The notes under the pieces are model-generated. The model was given only the letters and a program-made list of their open reading frames with translations. It searched no databases and was not told the origin of the DNA. DNA of 60,533 nucleotides, counting the filler, from Sphacelaria rigidula (taxonomy: Eukaryota), in assembly GCA_964200075.2 (NCBI GenBank). It is 8 parts of 8 records of this genome, joined end to end, with 100 filler letters (N's around TTAATTAATTAA, not from the genome) between each part and the next. Parts side by side here need not be neighbours in the genome. Positions count along the whole stretch, not along the records: positions 1 to 7,480 come from CAXNAA020014727.1; positions 7,581 to 15,059 come from CAXNAA020014728.1; 6 more parts are not named here. One strand, written 5' to 3'. Numbering within the stretch: position 1 is the stretch's first letter; the number at the start of each line of letters is the position of its first letter. Position numbers and translations under genes: made by a program. Below are positions 1-12,409 of this stretch, one piece after another.

Positions 1-190
1 AGTAATTGTTATTCATATGCCCTAGGCACAGTCCATACCAAATTTCAGGGCCCAACTCTAAATGTACAAAAGAGCATGGGCCTGCAAACTTCAAATCCGC
101 CTCTAGGCTGGCCCAGCTCGTACTGTTATACTGTATCGACGTGCAGTACATCTTGTAGACCACCAGAGAGCAAAATTTCTCTTGGCACGA

Positions 191-219
191 GGGTGGTGTT
201 GAGTAAACACCAGAGGTTT
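191..219 (-). promoter_or_regulatory. Histone 3' stem-loop downstream of H3
   Basis: Minus strand reads AAACCTCT-GGTGTT-TACTC-AACACC-ACCC, about 80 nt after the H3 stop. It has a 6-bp stem, an A/C-rich 5' flank and an ACCC 3' flank, and the same motif follows H1. Confidence 0.8.
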
Positions 220-289
220 CCTAGGGACGAGTCTCCACGCACAGGGGTACTCCAGAACTTTGGTGGCGGGCACAGTGACAGCGACCGCC

Positions 290-1024
<735 letters not shown>

Positions 1025-1903
1025 ATGCCGACTTACAGCGAGGTGAGCGTCGCACGTGCCATGAATGTACACCCGGGGGCGGTACTTTGTACCCACACTG
1101 TGCTGTAGTACACGCACATGAGAGAGCATCTTGCAAGCATGTCAGGATACTGCGATGTGTGATGAATGAGTCGGTGAGTGGAGTATTGCGCAACGGGATA
1201 GCACCACGGGATGCGTGCTGTAGTCTTTCGGATGCGACGCCATCAGCAAACTCCTTAGTTCTAGATGTGCCTGAATTGCGTTCGTACGGTACTGCCATGT
1301 TCTTGTACGGAGTGGCGTCAACTGCCAGCCTTTGACTCCTGTAATCCGATCATCTCTGAAACTTGCCAGATGGTATTTGAGGCCATCAAGGCCCTGAAGG
1401 ACAGGAACGGCTCCAGCCTGGCCGCTATCAAGAAGTTTATGGTGACCACCCACCCGGAGTTGGCCACCAAGTTCGCTCCGCACCAGCTTCGTGCAGCCCT
1501 CAAGAAGGGTACCGAGTCCGGAAAGTTGATCAAGGTATGCAGACCTTACAAAATTATACAATCGTTCAGTGTGTTGAGACACGTAGGCATCGGCATGCAC
1601 AAGAATATCGAGGCGCCCTGTGCTCAACTTGCGACATCAGTCGCCTCGAATTGATGCCGCCTTGGTGTCTTGTGTTAACAGGTGAAGAGCTCATACAAGC
1701 TGTCGGCCGAGGCGAAGAAGGTGGTGGAGGAGAAAGTCGTCAAAAAGACTGCTACCAAGAAGGCGGACGGCACCCCCAAGAAGAAAATCGTCAAAAAGAC
1801 CGTGACCAAGAAGGCGGGTGGCACCCCCAAGAAGAAGGTCGCCAAGAAGTCCGTGACCAAGAAATCACCTTCGAAGAAGACTGCCCCCAAGCCCGCTGCG
1901 TGA
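1025..1903 (+). CDS. H1: Linker histone H1, 3 exons (1025-1042, 1370-1534, 1682-1903), 134 aa
   Basis: Two GT-AG phase-0 introns join MPTYSE|MVFEAIKALKDRNGSSLAAIKKF...LKKGTESGKLIK|VKSSYKLS, a typical H1 globular domain. A Lys-rich tail with two TPKK motifs follows. Confidence 0.93.
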
Positions 1904-1950
1904 AGATCTGGCTACATCCGAAACCTATTCTACCGGGCACGCATCCCAGT

Positions 1951-1978
1951 AAACCCTGGTGTATAATCAACACCACCC
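1951..1978 (+). promoter_or_regulatory. Histone 3' stem-loop downstream of H1
   Basis: AAACCCT-GGTGT-ATAATCA-ACACC-ACCC about 50 nt after the stop, nearly identical to the motif after H3. Confidence 0.75.
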
Positions 1979-3662
1979 ATATCGAAAGCAAGAATGCCGC
2001 AAACGTCCCTGTACCGTCATCACATCGGCCGATACGTCGAGCACGGCCAAACTACCGAAGGTACTTGGCATGTTTGCGATCACATGACACCAAAAATTCA
2101 GCTTAATTTGGGGGTCAACGAGCTTAATTTTTCTGGAAGGCTTAAACTGTGCTCGAAACACGCATAAAATTGCGATAGTTTTTTATGCGCCTCCTGCAGC
2201 CACTGTATTAGCTGCCCGAAAGTGTCCCCTATGGCCTATGGCGTGAGTCGTCACTCGTCACCAGACAGGCTTCAATACTTCAAAATGCCATGCTACGGGT
2301 CTGATCCCAAAAACGTTCCTGTGTACATTTCATCTATGTGGCACTTGAATTGACAAATGTAATCAAGCTTTTTATAAAAGTTGTGCGATGGGGCCCATTG
2401 TACAGCCGACCACCTACCGCGTTCTGGAGGGATGATAAGTGAAAGCAGCAGCGAAGTTTGTAGTCGATAGGTAGTTTGGGGGTGGCCTCCAAACTCGATC
2501 ATGATGAAGAAAAGTCCTATTTTTCGATATACAGTAGGGGGCTCTCCGTAGTTCCGGTTGAATAGTGCCAACGACCTATATAATGCCGGTAAAATCTCCG
2601 GGCACAGCCAGAGCTCGCAGTAGTGCCGGTTTGAACGGTTTTGTACCCTCAACAGGGCCAGTTTCGGACACACTCACGCACGCCTTACCCCCCACCAACC
2701 AAGCAAGTCATAAGTGGCTTCTTTGGTAGCTTTACTGATGTTTCTATCGGGTAGCCCGTAGTATCTACGCCCGAGCACAGCCACGGGAGGAATCGTGTCT
2801 AGTTTGCTGCATCGGTGTGTTTTTTTCGAGATCGTATGTTTCTCTCTCCTTGTCTCGGTAGCCGGTAGGAAGTGAAAAGGGGTGTGGTTCATTCTTTCTC
2901 GCTCACTCGTTTTGGTGAGCGGTGTACTCTTTCGTGAATTGTTTTCCATACCAGATGCCACACCTTCATAGTTGCTTTGGGTGCAGATGTGTCCTTGTTT
3001 TTCTTGTCGGGAAGGTCTTTCGGCATGAGCAACTTTCGTGGCGGTACTGCTGCTGTTGTGGTAGTAGGGAAGGAAAAGATCAACCTGTGAACAGGATCAA
3101 CCAAGTTGAATGTGAAACGCAAAAAAACATCGGGTTTAGTTCTGCTACCCCGAAACCTCACGTGACGTGTCCTATCGAAGCCCCTAGAAACAAAGGTTCT
3201 CGTCCGTTTTGTGCTTCCGTTGGTCCCACGAAGGGCAAGCGTAGCACTGTACGAACGGACGGTCGTCAGTAGTGCCAGAAGCGGCACTACTGAGGTATTC
3301 AGAGCCCTCAATTGCACCTGTTTTGGCACTTTTCAGAGTGGTGCCGGTGTCCGTGGTTGGGCACATACCGGTACTACTGAGAGCCCCCCACTGTACGAAA
3401 CAATTTCTAAGCTTCGAATACCCAAATGGTCGTCTTCTCATGCTTAAAGGTGCGCCTACTACTGAGGGGATACTGCCACAAGCACGCGAAGGAGGCGCAT
3501 AAAGTACGCATATTCCAAGCTTAAAATGGGGGCCTAAAGCAAGGGAGTGAAGCCTATACAAAAAACAAACCGGAGCTAAATTTGAAAAAAAGACTGTGTA
3601 CGTTCCGCCGCAGGGGGGGCTCTATTTAATGAGCAGTGGAGTCAAATGCTCCTGGGAAAATA

Positions 3663-3846
3663 TCATACCCTGTACACCTACGATAGTAGGTAGTTGGTCG
3701 ACATACATGAGAATCGTGCAACTAGTTATGTCCAAACAATCCACCTCTCTCGGAATCGTGCGCGAGTAGTTGTTTGGAAACAACTAGCCGGTAGCTAGTC
3801 GGCAGAAAACTAGCTTAGTTATGGGTCATAGATGTACAGGGTATGA
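3663..3846. mobile_element. MITE, 184 bp, ~21-bp TIRs
   Basis: TCATACCCTGTACACCTACGA at the left end and TCATAGATGTACAGGGTATGA (its near reverse complement) at the right end. AAAATA is directly repeated at 3657-3662 and 3847-3852. Confidence 0.7.
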
Positions 3847-4359
3847 AAAATAGTGAGTCGTATGTGGCAGACAACATGTGCTGGTCGGAAACTCAGTGGC
3901 TAACCTGCCACGGCCACCCTTTGATCGAGGCTAGCGTTGCTGGAAAGAGCTGCGCCAAGCAGCTGCATGCCAAACCTTGCCGCATTCCGGCTTTGTCTTG
4001 AATGCTCGTTCGGAGTCACGGAAAAGATGGTGTTTGTTTAGGGCAGAAAGGCTTGCATGTCGAGTATCAACTCCAAAACAACTCTTTGCAACCTCATGGA
4101 TAACCACCACACAGGTGATTCGAAAAAACCGCATATATATGTACTAGCGAGTGTAGTAACTGATGGACTACTGCTTATTTCGGAGGTCCTCGGTAGACAC
4201 TGGGGGAGCTCTAGTGGTAGCATGGCGTGCTTTCATCTAGGCTGCCATGTACATGTTAGCCCCCTCCCCTACAACTCGGGACCACTCGGACAAATCTTGG
4301 GCAACCGACTGTAAATTCCTGAAATCGGACGGGGTATCCCGCTTCTCGTGTGACTTCAC

Positions 4360-4435
4360 TGTGCCCGGGTTAGCTAGGTGGCAGGAGGTTCCAGTTATGG
4401 AAGTCACGGGCTCGAATCCCGACACATTTTTTTTT
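4360..4435 (+). mobile_element. tRNA-like element (SINE head or tRNA pseudogene)
   Basis: A-box-like TAGCTAGGTGG, hairpin TTCCA-GTTA-TGGAA, T-arm CGGG-CTCGAAT-CCCG, then a T9 run. Confidence 0.5.
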
Positions 4436-5104
4436 CCAAAATCTGGTTCCGTCGTTGAGGTCATATATATTCTGCTGTAGATTTCTTTCATTTTCTTTTC
4501 TTAGCGACAGAGCGGCATCACCACGTACGTGCCCAATCAGCTCCTCCTCAAACTTCAGAGTATTTGATACACTCTAGAGGATATATGAAGTATATATATA
4601 ATCTTCGGTGTCCACATTCTAACAGAGCATACGGCATGTCGAAGCTCTAGAGGGCAAATACTGCTCTGGGGTTCCTTGCACAACGCTCGTACCTCGAGAG
4701 CTGAAAGTTGTTACTGTTGTTGCTGTGTTCAAGCTATAGACAATTTCGATATCCGCGAAGTACTCCGTACCGGGCATCTGATGCGGACTCCTTCCGTTGT
4801 CACTTGGCTAACTACCCCAAAAAGTGCACTAATGCTCGCAAGGAAGTCTACTGAAAACAAAATAGGACCGAGAAAATTCGCACAGACGCGATACAGAATA
4901 GAAAGAAATACTCCTGGCTTCATTTGTACTCTACTATGTCAAGGGAGAAAAAGATTGCTTGATTGAGAGTATACGGTATGTGAAACCTCTAGAGGGCACA
5001 TATTCCTCAGGAGGGAATGAAGCCCTCTGGAGGATTGCAGAGGACTGCAATTACTCGCGAGTAGGCAACAGCGACCAAAGCGGACTTGGACGAAATACTC
5101 CTAT

Positions 5105-5468
5105 AACCGGTCGCCCCCGTGACTCAGTTGGTTAGCTCGAAACCTTCTGACGGTTGGGTAGTGGGTTCGAATCTCGGAGCGATCTGGGATTTTTCTCACA
5201 TAATGCTCGACAGTGCAGAACGACTATGTCGTGGGTACGCAAAATTCGACTTAACGGTCGACGAGGGAAAGGGACAGCTGAACCCCTCTTGCGATACAAA
5301 ATAAAGGCAAGCACCGCAGAAGGAAAGTAGAGAACTAAAACAAATGAAAAGAAAAAAACTCCTGTGTTGGCCTTCCTATTGTGTGACCCCGGCTGGTGCG
5401 CCCACATATACCGTGTAGACTGGCGTCCAGAATAGATGGGATGGCAACACACACACATACAACACACT
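5105..5468 (+). mobile_element. tRNA-derived SINE, apparently full length
   Basis: Head has A box TGACTCAGTTGG, an anticodon-like arm AACC-TTCTGAC-GGTT and B box GGTTCGAATC. A unique body and an (AC)n tail follow. Homologous copies lie at 6495 and 7086. Confidence 0.8.
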
Positions 5469-6494
5469 CCTGAGGATTGGCAAAAAAACGCGCTGGATGG
5501 GAGCCGATTGGTCACGTGTGCAGGTTGGACTGCAGTTAACAGCGATATCCTCAAGTCTGGCTGATGCGGGAGAACTGAGCAAGTTACTCTGTGCCCGGGA
5601 TGTGCACATTTTACGGCTGGTGTGACTCGTGTAAAAAAAAGAGGTGGCGCTTTCGTCCACCTGTTATCAACAAACGAAAATAACTGCAGATATCGCATAT
5701 TTTTTACCAGCTTAGGTTTGTACACCAAGTCGAAAAGTGGGTTGATTTCGAATATTTGATTATTTGTCCAACATCTAGTTGACTAGTCATGGCTATTTTA
5801 TTGTAATCAGCTAGGGATGATTGCTTTATAAAATCAATTACTCTGAAACAACTGTCGATGCAGCAAATAAGTCTCAAGGAGCTGTTATTCCATGATGAAT
5901 CAATTCACCGCACGCGCGCACGCCGGCAGCAGTGTACGGCGTATTAGAACAGCCGTATCAGTTAACAGCACCTGTACTGTAACGCTTTCGTAAGACATTT
6001 ACTCAACACACCATACATACACCTGGTCCAGTCTACTTGTATGGTACTCGAGTATCCTTCGCCATTAGTCATGGCGTCATGACGATATGCAGCACAGTAT
6101 ATCTCGCCTTGCGTGAGCCACGGATCAACAGGTACGACATGGACCTACCCACTACCCATGAACCATCGTCAGATATAGAAAACCCGCATCTCCGTCATAA
6201 TATGCATGCCAGAATGGAATAATTTCTTGCCATACAGTGCCCTTCAAGCAGTATTCGAAGACACCCTGCCCTTCTACATTAAAATTGAACAGTGCTACCG
6301 ACCAGGCAGAATCGATTGTATTTCCAGCTTGACTGATGTCACGTGACAGAGATTACTCCGATGCGGCGGTGCCGGCGGCGGGTGTAGCACCTGCACCACG
6401 ACTGACCGCACCACATACTGTATCGACTTTCGTGTAGCCCCGAGCGTAGTGCTCTAATGCTGTGCTGTACGAAGTGCGGTCTGTTTCATGGATG

Positions 6495-6830
6495 AACCGG
6501 TCGCCCCGGTCGGTGGCTCAGTTGGTAACCTCGAAACCTCCTGACGGTTGGATTATGTGTTCGACTCTCAGCGAAGTCACACGGTCTGCGATTTTGTTCA
6601 CACCATGCCCAACAGTGGAGAGCGACTACAATATGTCCTGGGTACCCAAATTCAACTTCATGGTCGACGAGGGCAAGTTACAGCTGAAACCCTCTTGCGA
6701 TAAAGAAATAATGCAACCACCGAAGAAGAAAGATGGGATACTAAAACAGGAAGAAAAAAAAAAAACTGTCGTGCTGGACTTCTTCCTGCTGTGTGACACC
6801 TGCTGATGCAAGGGGTCTTACAGACTGGAA
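6495..6830 (+). mobile_element. Diverged copy of the same SINE family
   Basis: AACCGGTCGCCCC...GGCTCAGTTGG...GGTCGACGAGGGCAAG...CCCTCTTGCGATA aligns with 5105-5420. Confidence 0.75.
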
Positions 6831-7085
6831 AACGCTGTTCACCGCCCCAAATTCCCGAAAACCTCATTCTGGGCGACGGGTGGGGGGTACCCCATTTTGG
6901 ATGGGTAGGTACCCCGCTGATCAGATGGATAATGACGATAGTAGGTACTGTACCGTGCAGCACGTGCCTGAACAGCTTTTCCCGGTTTGTGCCAGGCTTG
7001 TGTACAAGCTGTGTATGCTGTGGCTGCACGGCAGGTGGTAGGGGTACATCGAGCCTTGGCTGAGCAACGTCTGTACTGTATTAGC

Positions 7086-7314
7086 TGTGTCTGTTTCTGT
7101 GCTGTCCCATCTGTTCTGGACGCCAGTCTACACCTTTCGGTATATATGGGCGCATGAGCCGGGGTCACACAGGAGGAAGGCCAACACGGGAGTTTTTTTC
7201 TTTTTTATTTGTTTTAGTTCTCCACCTTCTTGCTGCGGTGCTTCCCTTATTTTTTTTTTTATCGACAGAGGGGTTCAGCACTCCCTTTCCCTCGTCGACC
7301 GTGAGGTCGAATTT
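7086..7314 (-). mobile_element. 5'-truncated copy of the same SINE family
   Basis: Reverse complement matches 5241-5460 (AAATTCGAC...GGTCGACGAGGGAAAGGG...GTGTAGACTGGCGTCCAGAA) and lacks the tRNA head. Confidence 0.8.
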
Positions 7315-7480
7315 AATCGGAACAGATTATGCCAGCACGGAAAAAGAAAACAGAACTGTGACTTGTTGGCTACTTTCTTGAGTGACACCATCTTCACGAG
7401 ATTCTCATTTGTCGCTTCTATCTGTGTTGCTGTTCAGTATGCCGACCTTTAGAGATTGCCCCTCGACAGCTGTTCAGACG

Positions 7481-7580
7481 NNNNNNNNNNNNNNNNNNNN
7501 NNNNNNNNNNNNNNNNNNNNNNNNTTAATTAATTAANNNNNNNNNNNNNNNNNNNNNNNNNNNNNNNNNNNNNNNNNNNN
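7481..7580. other. Artificial contig spacer
   Basis: N44-TTAATTAATTAA-N44, which gives stops in all six frames. Confidence 0.98.
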
Positions 7581-8389
7581 CCTGAACCTGAACATCAGGC
7601 TCTGCATGGCCACTTTTTTCGTGCCACTTTTAGCTGGTTTTGGGGGGGGGCTATCGTAGGAAGTGTCTTTCGAGTTTTCAGGATGAGGCGTTGTGTATTC
7701 AGGATGAACTATCAGGGTTTGAGTCGCAAGCAAGGGGGATGATCGAATATACTCACGCTCAAGGATAATATGAGTAACGAGCAAGGAGACTGATCGGTTT
7801 TGCTCGCACCAAATTGTCCCGCGGAATCATATTCTGGAAGTAAGGGGCTTGTGCCTCGGCAAAGTATCGGGTATAGCCGAATGCAGGTACTGTTAAAACG
7901 GTTAAATCAGGCGGGGAATCGGAACATTCATGTGATGACGTAGTATGATGGTTCAGAGTCACCATGGTGCGTCTTCGTACAATGACGTGTCGTGAATCAG
8001 GGACCACGTCACCCGCGTGTATTCCCGGAACGGGAAACGTGCCCCACCTATTCAGTAATTTCAGTGTGAGTAATTTCAGAGTGAACTTTTGGTGTCCTTT
8101 TTCTGTGCATTATTTTCATGACATGATATCTTATTTTCTACCTCAACTGGCCTCGACCGGCCTACCACCTATTCCGACGATGTACCTGAACTCCATAAAT
8201 TCCGACTACCTCCTACGGACAGCCTTGTCAAACGTGTGTCAGACGAGAGGACCGAAGTCGTCGCCAGACACCTCGACAACAGCGGACTCCCCTCCGTTAC
8301 ACAAGACTGAACCCATGGTGGACAAAGTCTACCACGAGCCTGGCCCAAACCCCCCGGCTGCATTGCTAGATAGATTATCGCCAGAGCAA

Positions 8390-10110
8390 TGAGTGAGTTT
8401 TCAACGTTTATGGCACGATAATCCCTCGTATTTGCGGCATATTGGTTTTGACCTATCTGGTGATGGTTGGACACCCACAGTGATCGATAAGTTGAGATTC
8501 ATTTTGATTAGATATTCAGAACAGTTCTCCACGTCGTCTCTAGAGTCAGGCCGCTGCACCACGGTACCGTTCACTATCAGAATTCCTAATGGCACTCCAC
8601 CTATCGTTATGCGTCCATACCGTACAAACCCCTCTTAGCGGATAACATTCAGGTAATCCTCGACGCATACTTATACCCTGGTTTCATAAGGCACTCGACG
8701 TCCCCGCGGGCCTCGCTCCGATCGACTGTCAATTACCAACGATTAAACGCAGTCACCAACACACGTCTACCTCTTTATGATGAATGAAATCATCGACTCT
8801 CTTGCCGGGGGTAAAGTATTTCCGACCTTTGACATGCAATCCGGCTATCATTAGCTTGTGATGAATCCGCAATCTACTAAACTGACGTTTTGTACACCGT
8901 CAGGCCTTATGAATGGCTGGTAACACTACAAGGTCCCGCCGTCGCCCCTGGGGCGTTTGAACGTGTGATGTTTTGTGTGATTGATGAATTTGCTAAGTAC
9001 CATATGTACCTCGACGATGCGATGCTACGGTAGTAGTACACCTTGGGAACACGTCGAACACTTGGCATCCCTCTTCGCTCGATTTGAACAGCACAACATG
9101 AAAATCGCCCCCTCCAAATCCCGCATTGGCGCGACACGCATCAAGTTTATAGGCCACTACATCACCCCTGAAGATCGTAGCCCAAACCTAAACAAGGTTG
9201 CTGCACTTGTCGATATGCTCATGCCACGGGATGTGTCTCAACCGCGCCCCTAGCTGGGTAGTCTGAGCTACCACCGACAGCATTTGCCGAACCTCGCCCA
9301 AACTCTTAAACCCCTAACAATACTTCTTTAAATAGGGATGAAGTTTATATTTACGTCGGAAATGGAAAACAAATAACTGTAGGTCGACTGCTTGACGCAC
9401 TCTCGCGGCCATCGATCCTAGGTTTCCCGGACTGGTCAGCCGCTGAAAATTGACCACGCCCGTTCCGACTTCACACGTATTCTCCCAACATTGGGCTCGG
9501 CAGCACCAAGAATAAGTGTAAAACGACGATAGTGTCTGCCCCATTAGACGTTTGCAAGGGTCGGACGAATTAATGATTCGTCTGAAATTACTTGATTCTA
9601 GTGTAACTGATTCGTACCGTGTGACTCAATCCCTAGGCTTTGTTTTCCGCGTTGCAGCCCAGGCGCGTGGAATGGCGTAAAAGTTGCGTGGGGACCGTTT
9701 TGATCATCGGTCACATTTTACTTATTTCCAAACCGGCGATCATTCCTCCGAATCGTGGATATTTGATTAGAACCACCTTCTCAAACGAACAAAATTGGTC
9801 GCTCATGGAACAAGAGGCTGGCGCAGTTGTTGGGGTGTGCGACAACTCCGTTAGTACTTGTATGGCATTCCGTTTGTGATAGATCATAAGTCTTTTGAAA
9901 ACCTCACCAGAATGGCGGAACACAGCGCACAGGTACAACGCTGGTTCGAGATCCTGTCCTCTCACAACTTGACGTTGAAATATCGAACATGACACCCAAA
10001 ACGCAAACGCCGACTTCTTGTCTCGATTACCCATACCGGGTAACCCCATCGATGAATCCGCCTTGGGACGCATTACGGATCCCATCGAAGACATTGTATA
10101 TTTCATTAGC
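8390..10110 (+). mobile_element. Decayed Ty3/Gypsy pol (RT and RNase H)
   Basis: Fragments PIVMRPYRTNP, TVNYQRLN, FDMQSGYH, TPSGLYEWL..QGP, YLDD (9007-9018), KIAPSKSRIG..IKFIGHYI, NEQNWSLMEQEAGAVV and NADFLSRLP, with many stops and frameshifts. Confidence 0.9.
9549..9765 (+). repeat. Dispersed repeat inserted in the Gypsy RNase H region
   Basis: AAGGGTC.GA.GAATTAATGATTCGTC...GCGTTGCAGCCCAGG...AATCGTGGAT also occurs at 19150-19375 and interrupts RNase H-like coding sequence here. Confidence 0.75.
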
Positions 10111-10964
10111 AGGAACGGTCATAGCGGACTCTACACACCTCTCTCACTGACCCACAATCCGGCATTTGGCATTCATTGGTGGGCTGACGACTACAACAGC
10201 ACACGCTTCAGTACTATAGGCAGTATGCGATCTAAATCGTTGTGTTCGGTCTGCAGTGGATTTACCGCAAACTACACTGGTTATGTCCAATTTCGTGCAA
10301 GTGTTTATCGCATGGTTTTTGCATCAGATGTAGAATCGTCTTGTACTGACTCCGTCGTTCCGGTTCAAGTTCGAGATTTGATTTCGGGCAGAACCCGATG
10401 ACGCCGGGCCGTCGAGTAATCAACCGCTCTGATGCGGGGGTAAGTGTCCACACAACTCAAGTGTGTGAACAGCAGTCAGCACCCTGGTACGGGTAGGTAA
10501 CGGTGGTCTAGAACACGCTATTATCATTTCCCTTCACCCTGTTTACTCTCTCAGACTCCAATCAACCTCATTCAGTCGCACGATAACACACGCTCAATCT
10601 CTCCCACTCGGTACCACATACACGAACTCACCACGTGCACTTATGTAAACCCCCCGGGCGAGGCAGATAGACGGCACCCAGGACCACGACTGACTGACCG
10701 ACGTGGGCGACAGGCAACCCGGTTGCCCGTACTGCACACGTGACTGTACTCGCATAACCTACGCCATTAGACATTATTCCTCTGATTGGTTACCTAATCC
10801 TTCGCGATCGAAACATGGTTGATGCTACTTGTGCCGCACTCTATCCTGCATCAATCTTGTTCATGACAGAGCGTGAGCATACTCAACTCGCCCCCCTATT
10901 CACGGCTCAGTCATGACTTGAAAACCTATACCGTTGAAAAACGGAATAGAAAAATAACAACTCG

Positions 10965-11175
10965 ATACAAAAATAAAAATATCTCAAGCCATGCTCAGAT
11001 TCCAAAAATATACAATATAAAAACGGAATTTACCCAGAAAATAGTACCAATATTTTATGCCCCCCTAAAAGCTATATCACTCATCTTAACTCACGCTCAA
11101 AATAAAAAAATATAAGATAAAAAACTGAATTCGCCCAGGAAATAGTACCTCCAATATTTTATGCCCCCCAAAACC
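10965..11175 (+). repeat. Imperfect AT-rich direct duplication (~120 bp period)
   Basis: Two copies of AAAAAC.GAATT..CCCAG.AAATAGTACC...AATATTTTATGCCCCC. Confidence 0.65.
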
Positions 11176-12409
11176 TGTTAAACTCTCCCCTTCGCGGGAA
11201 TATATTCCATGCAAAAAGGATTCATCTCATCAAATGCCCCCGCTCCCCTTGTTTTCGTGGCCGTAGCGCGTCTTTCAAAACATTTGCATTCTTTCCACAA
11301 CTTGAATGCAGAAAAATAATAAATCAAGCTACGTCGGCATCTCGGTGATACTAGAAACTGAGGTTTATCCGATCAAACTCGAACGGAACTACGATCGAAC
11401 ATACGATACAATTAGAAAGGACATGGCCGGGGTTTACACGTAAAGTAGAAGTCTCGAGCCTGAATGTTCAAACACTCTAGACCTACGCCAGTTTTTTCCA
11501 CGCGAAGGGATCCGCAACAAATCCTAAAATGCCCAGTGAAGCATGCCAATCATCAACCACTGAAAGTCTGATGTAATATCAAATAAATCACCACTACCAG
11601 GCAGTAGTCGCATAGATGCATCCTCACATAGCCGATAGGTGTCAAACCTCGAACAAACATTATGCAAAGCGTAAACCTACCGATGAGCTGGAGATGTCAA
11701 TATCTATCTCCGACCACTGCGTTCCTCCTCTGGTCAAAAGCCTCGAACCCATCTTCGCGCTCCATTCCAATCAATATGCTTCTCCGTATTTCCATGCCCT
11801 TTTCGTACCCCCCTGCTTCCTTGCCCCCCCAGCTCCCTTGACTGTCCGTACTCAACCACGTGGGAGTCCCCACGCGCCCCCCTTCCCAATGCGACCGACA
11901 CCGCACCATGTGTGAAAAGATTTTGGCTGACAGGGTCGGTGGTAGCGGCATCGGCAGCGGTTGTGGTTATCTTGTTGGCGATGTTGTTGGCAGAGGAGGT
12001 GGTAGTGGCGGCGACTGCGGTGTCGTCGGCGATGATGAAGGGACTGGGAATGAAAATGGTTGTCGCGTGTGGTGTAACCGCGGGACTGTTGGCGCGGGAA
12101 TCAACCGCGGGACTGTTGGGACGAGAATCAACCGCGAAACTGTAGGAGCAGGCGTAGGAAGTGTAGTTGTGGTGGTAGGTGGTAACGGTGGTGGTACGGT
12201 ATATCGGCGGCGTTGGCGGCGCGATCAATGTTGCTTCCCCCCCCCCCGCCGTCGAGCGACGCCGCTGTGGGAAATTGCTGACCAGTCACCGTCGACGCGA
12301 CGCTGTTGGTGGTATCCATTCAACGTTGTGGTTGGCCGTCCATGGAGGGTCGTTGGTTGGGTACCAGTGCCATGTGCCTTTTCTTCCCCTCACTCAAACC
12401 CCCAACACC

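Noticed and set aside
5105..5182. Functional tRNA gene
   Set aside because: The acceptor and T stems pair poorly, and it is the head of a longer repeated element.
7525..7536. TTAATTAATTAA as a biological motif
   Set aside because: Always centred in N-runs at an exact period, so it is a synthetic linker.
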